A program made the translations under genes and the position numbers. The notes beneath the pieces are model-generated. The model was not told the origin of the DNA. It searched no databases and saw only the letters and a program-made list of their open reading frames with translations. Positions 63,847 to 64,000 of a DNA stretch of 64,000 nucleotides are shown here, piece by piece. This DNA comes from Ignavibacteriota bacterium (GTDB lineage Bacteria > Bacteroidota > Ignavibacteria > UBA10030 > CAVZMI01), in the NCBI GenBank assembly GCA_963776275.1, contig CAVZMI010000007.1:39681-103680 (forward strand). The letters are read 5' to 3'. The stretch's first letter is position 1. Every line of letters starts with the position of its first letter.

Positions 63847-64000
63847 TATATATCTCCTTTCATTAATATTTGGATTATCGATGTTTAGACTTTTCTATCG
63901 TCTGGTATGTAACACCCACAACCCTTTGAAATTATTTTATTTCAACTCTTTCATATATTTGCTTTTAATTCTTTTCCGGTCTTCGGTTTCTTTATCCCCT

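Overview
64-kb bacterial chromosomal segment. The T9SS C-terminal sorting domain, the Chlorobi-type NuoB N-terminus and the folB-folK-dNK / gltX-glnS order suggest the Bacteroidota/Chlorobi/Ignavibacteria lineage (inference). From left to right: (1) 1-7.45 kb is an integron-like cassette array on the + strand. It has attC-like sites, no intact integrase, two copies of a collapsed promoter + integrase N-terminus module (one carrying a 113-bp MITE and an attI-like site), and an AT-rich three-gene unit (2TM protein, EEP nuclease/phosphatase, SAM methyltransferase). (2) 7.6-12.7 kb is a complex I (nuo) operon reduced to nuoA, about 14 codons of nuoB and the last 68 codons of nuoN, with etfB-etfA(ferredoxin-fused)-FadF/HdrD-like oxidoreductase sitting in place of the missing genes. 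(3) Housekeeping genes: argH, folB/folK, dNK, glnS, gltX, htpX. (4) A phoBR-porin-pstSCAB-phoU locus with Pho-box-like repeats. (5) A degenerate sigma54-type ATPase, GH30 xylanase, phosphoketolase and vapBC next to tRNA-Ser(GCT) and a hairpin-disrupted tRNA-Ser pseudogene. (6) A ~19-kb minus-strand branched-chain amino acid super-operon (ilvD-ilvB-ilvN-gltB-ilvC-cimA-aroF-leuA-leuC-leuD-proC-leuB) headed by a Leu/Ile/Val-rich leader peptide that is absent from the ORF track. (7) tRNA-Ser(TGA), an orphan Hcp with a signal peptide and a YjzC-like gene. Scattered single-base frameshifts suggest consensus sequencing errors. All assignments come from motif recognition by eye; no database searches were run.
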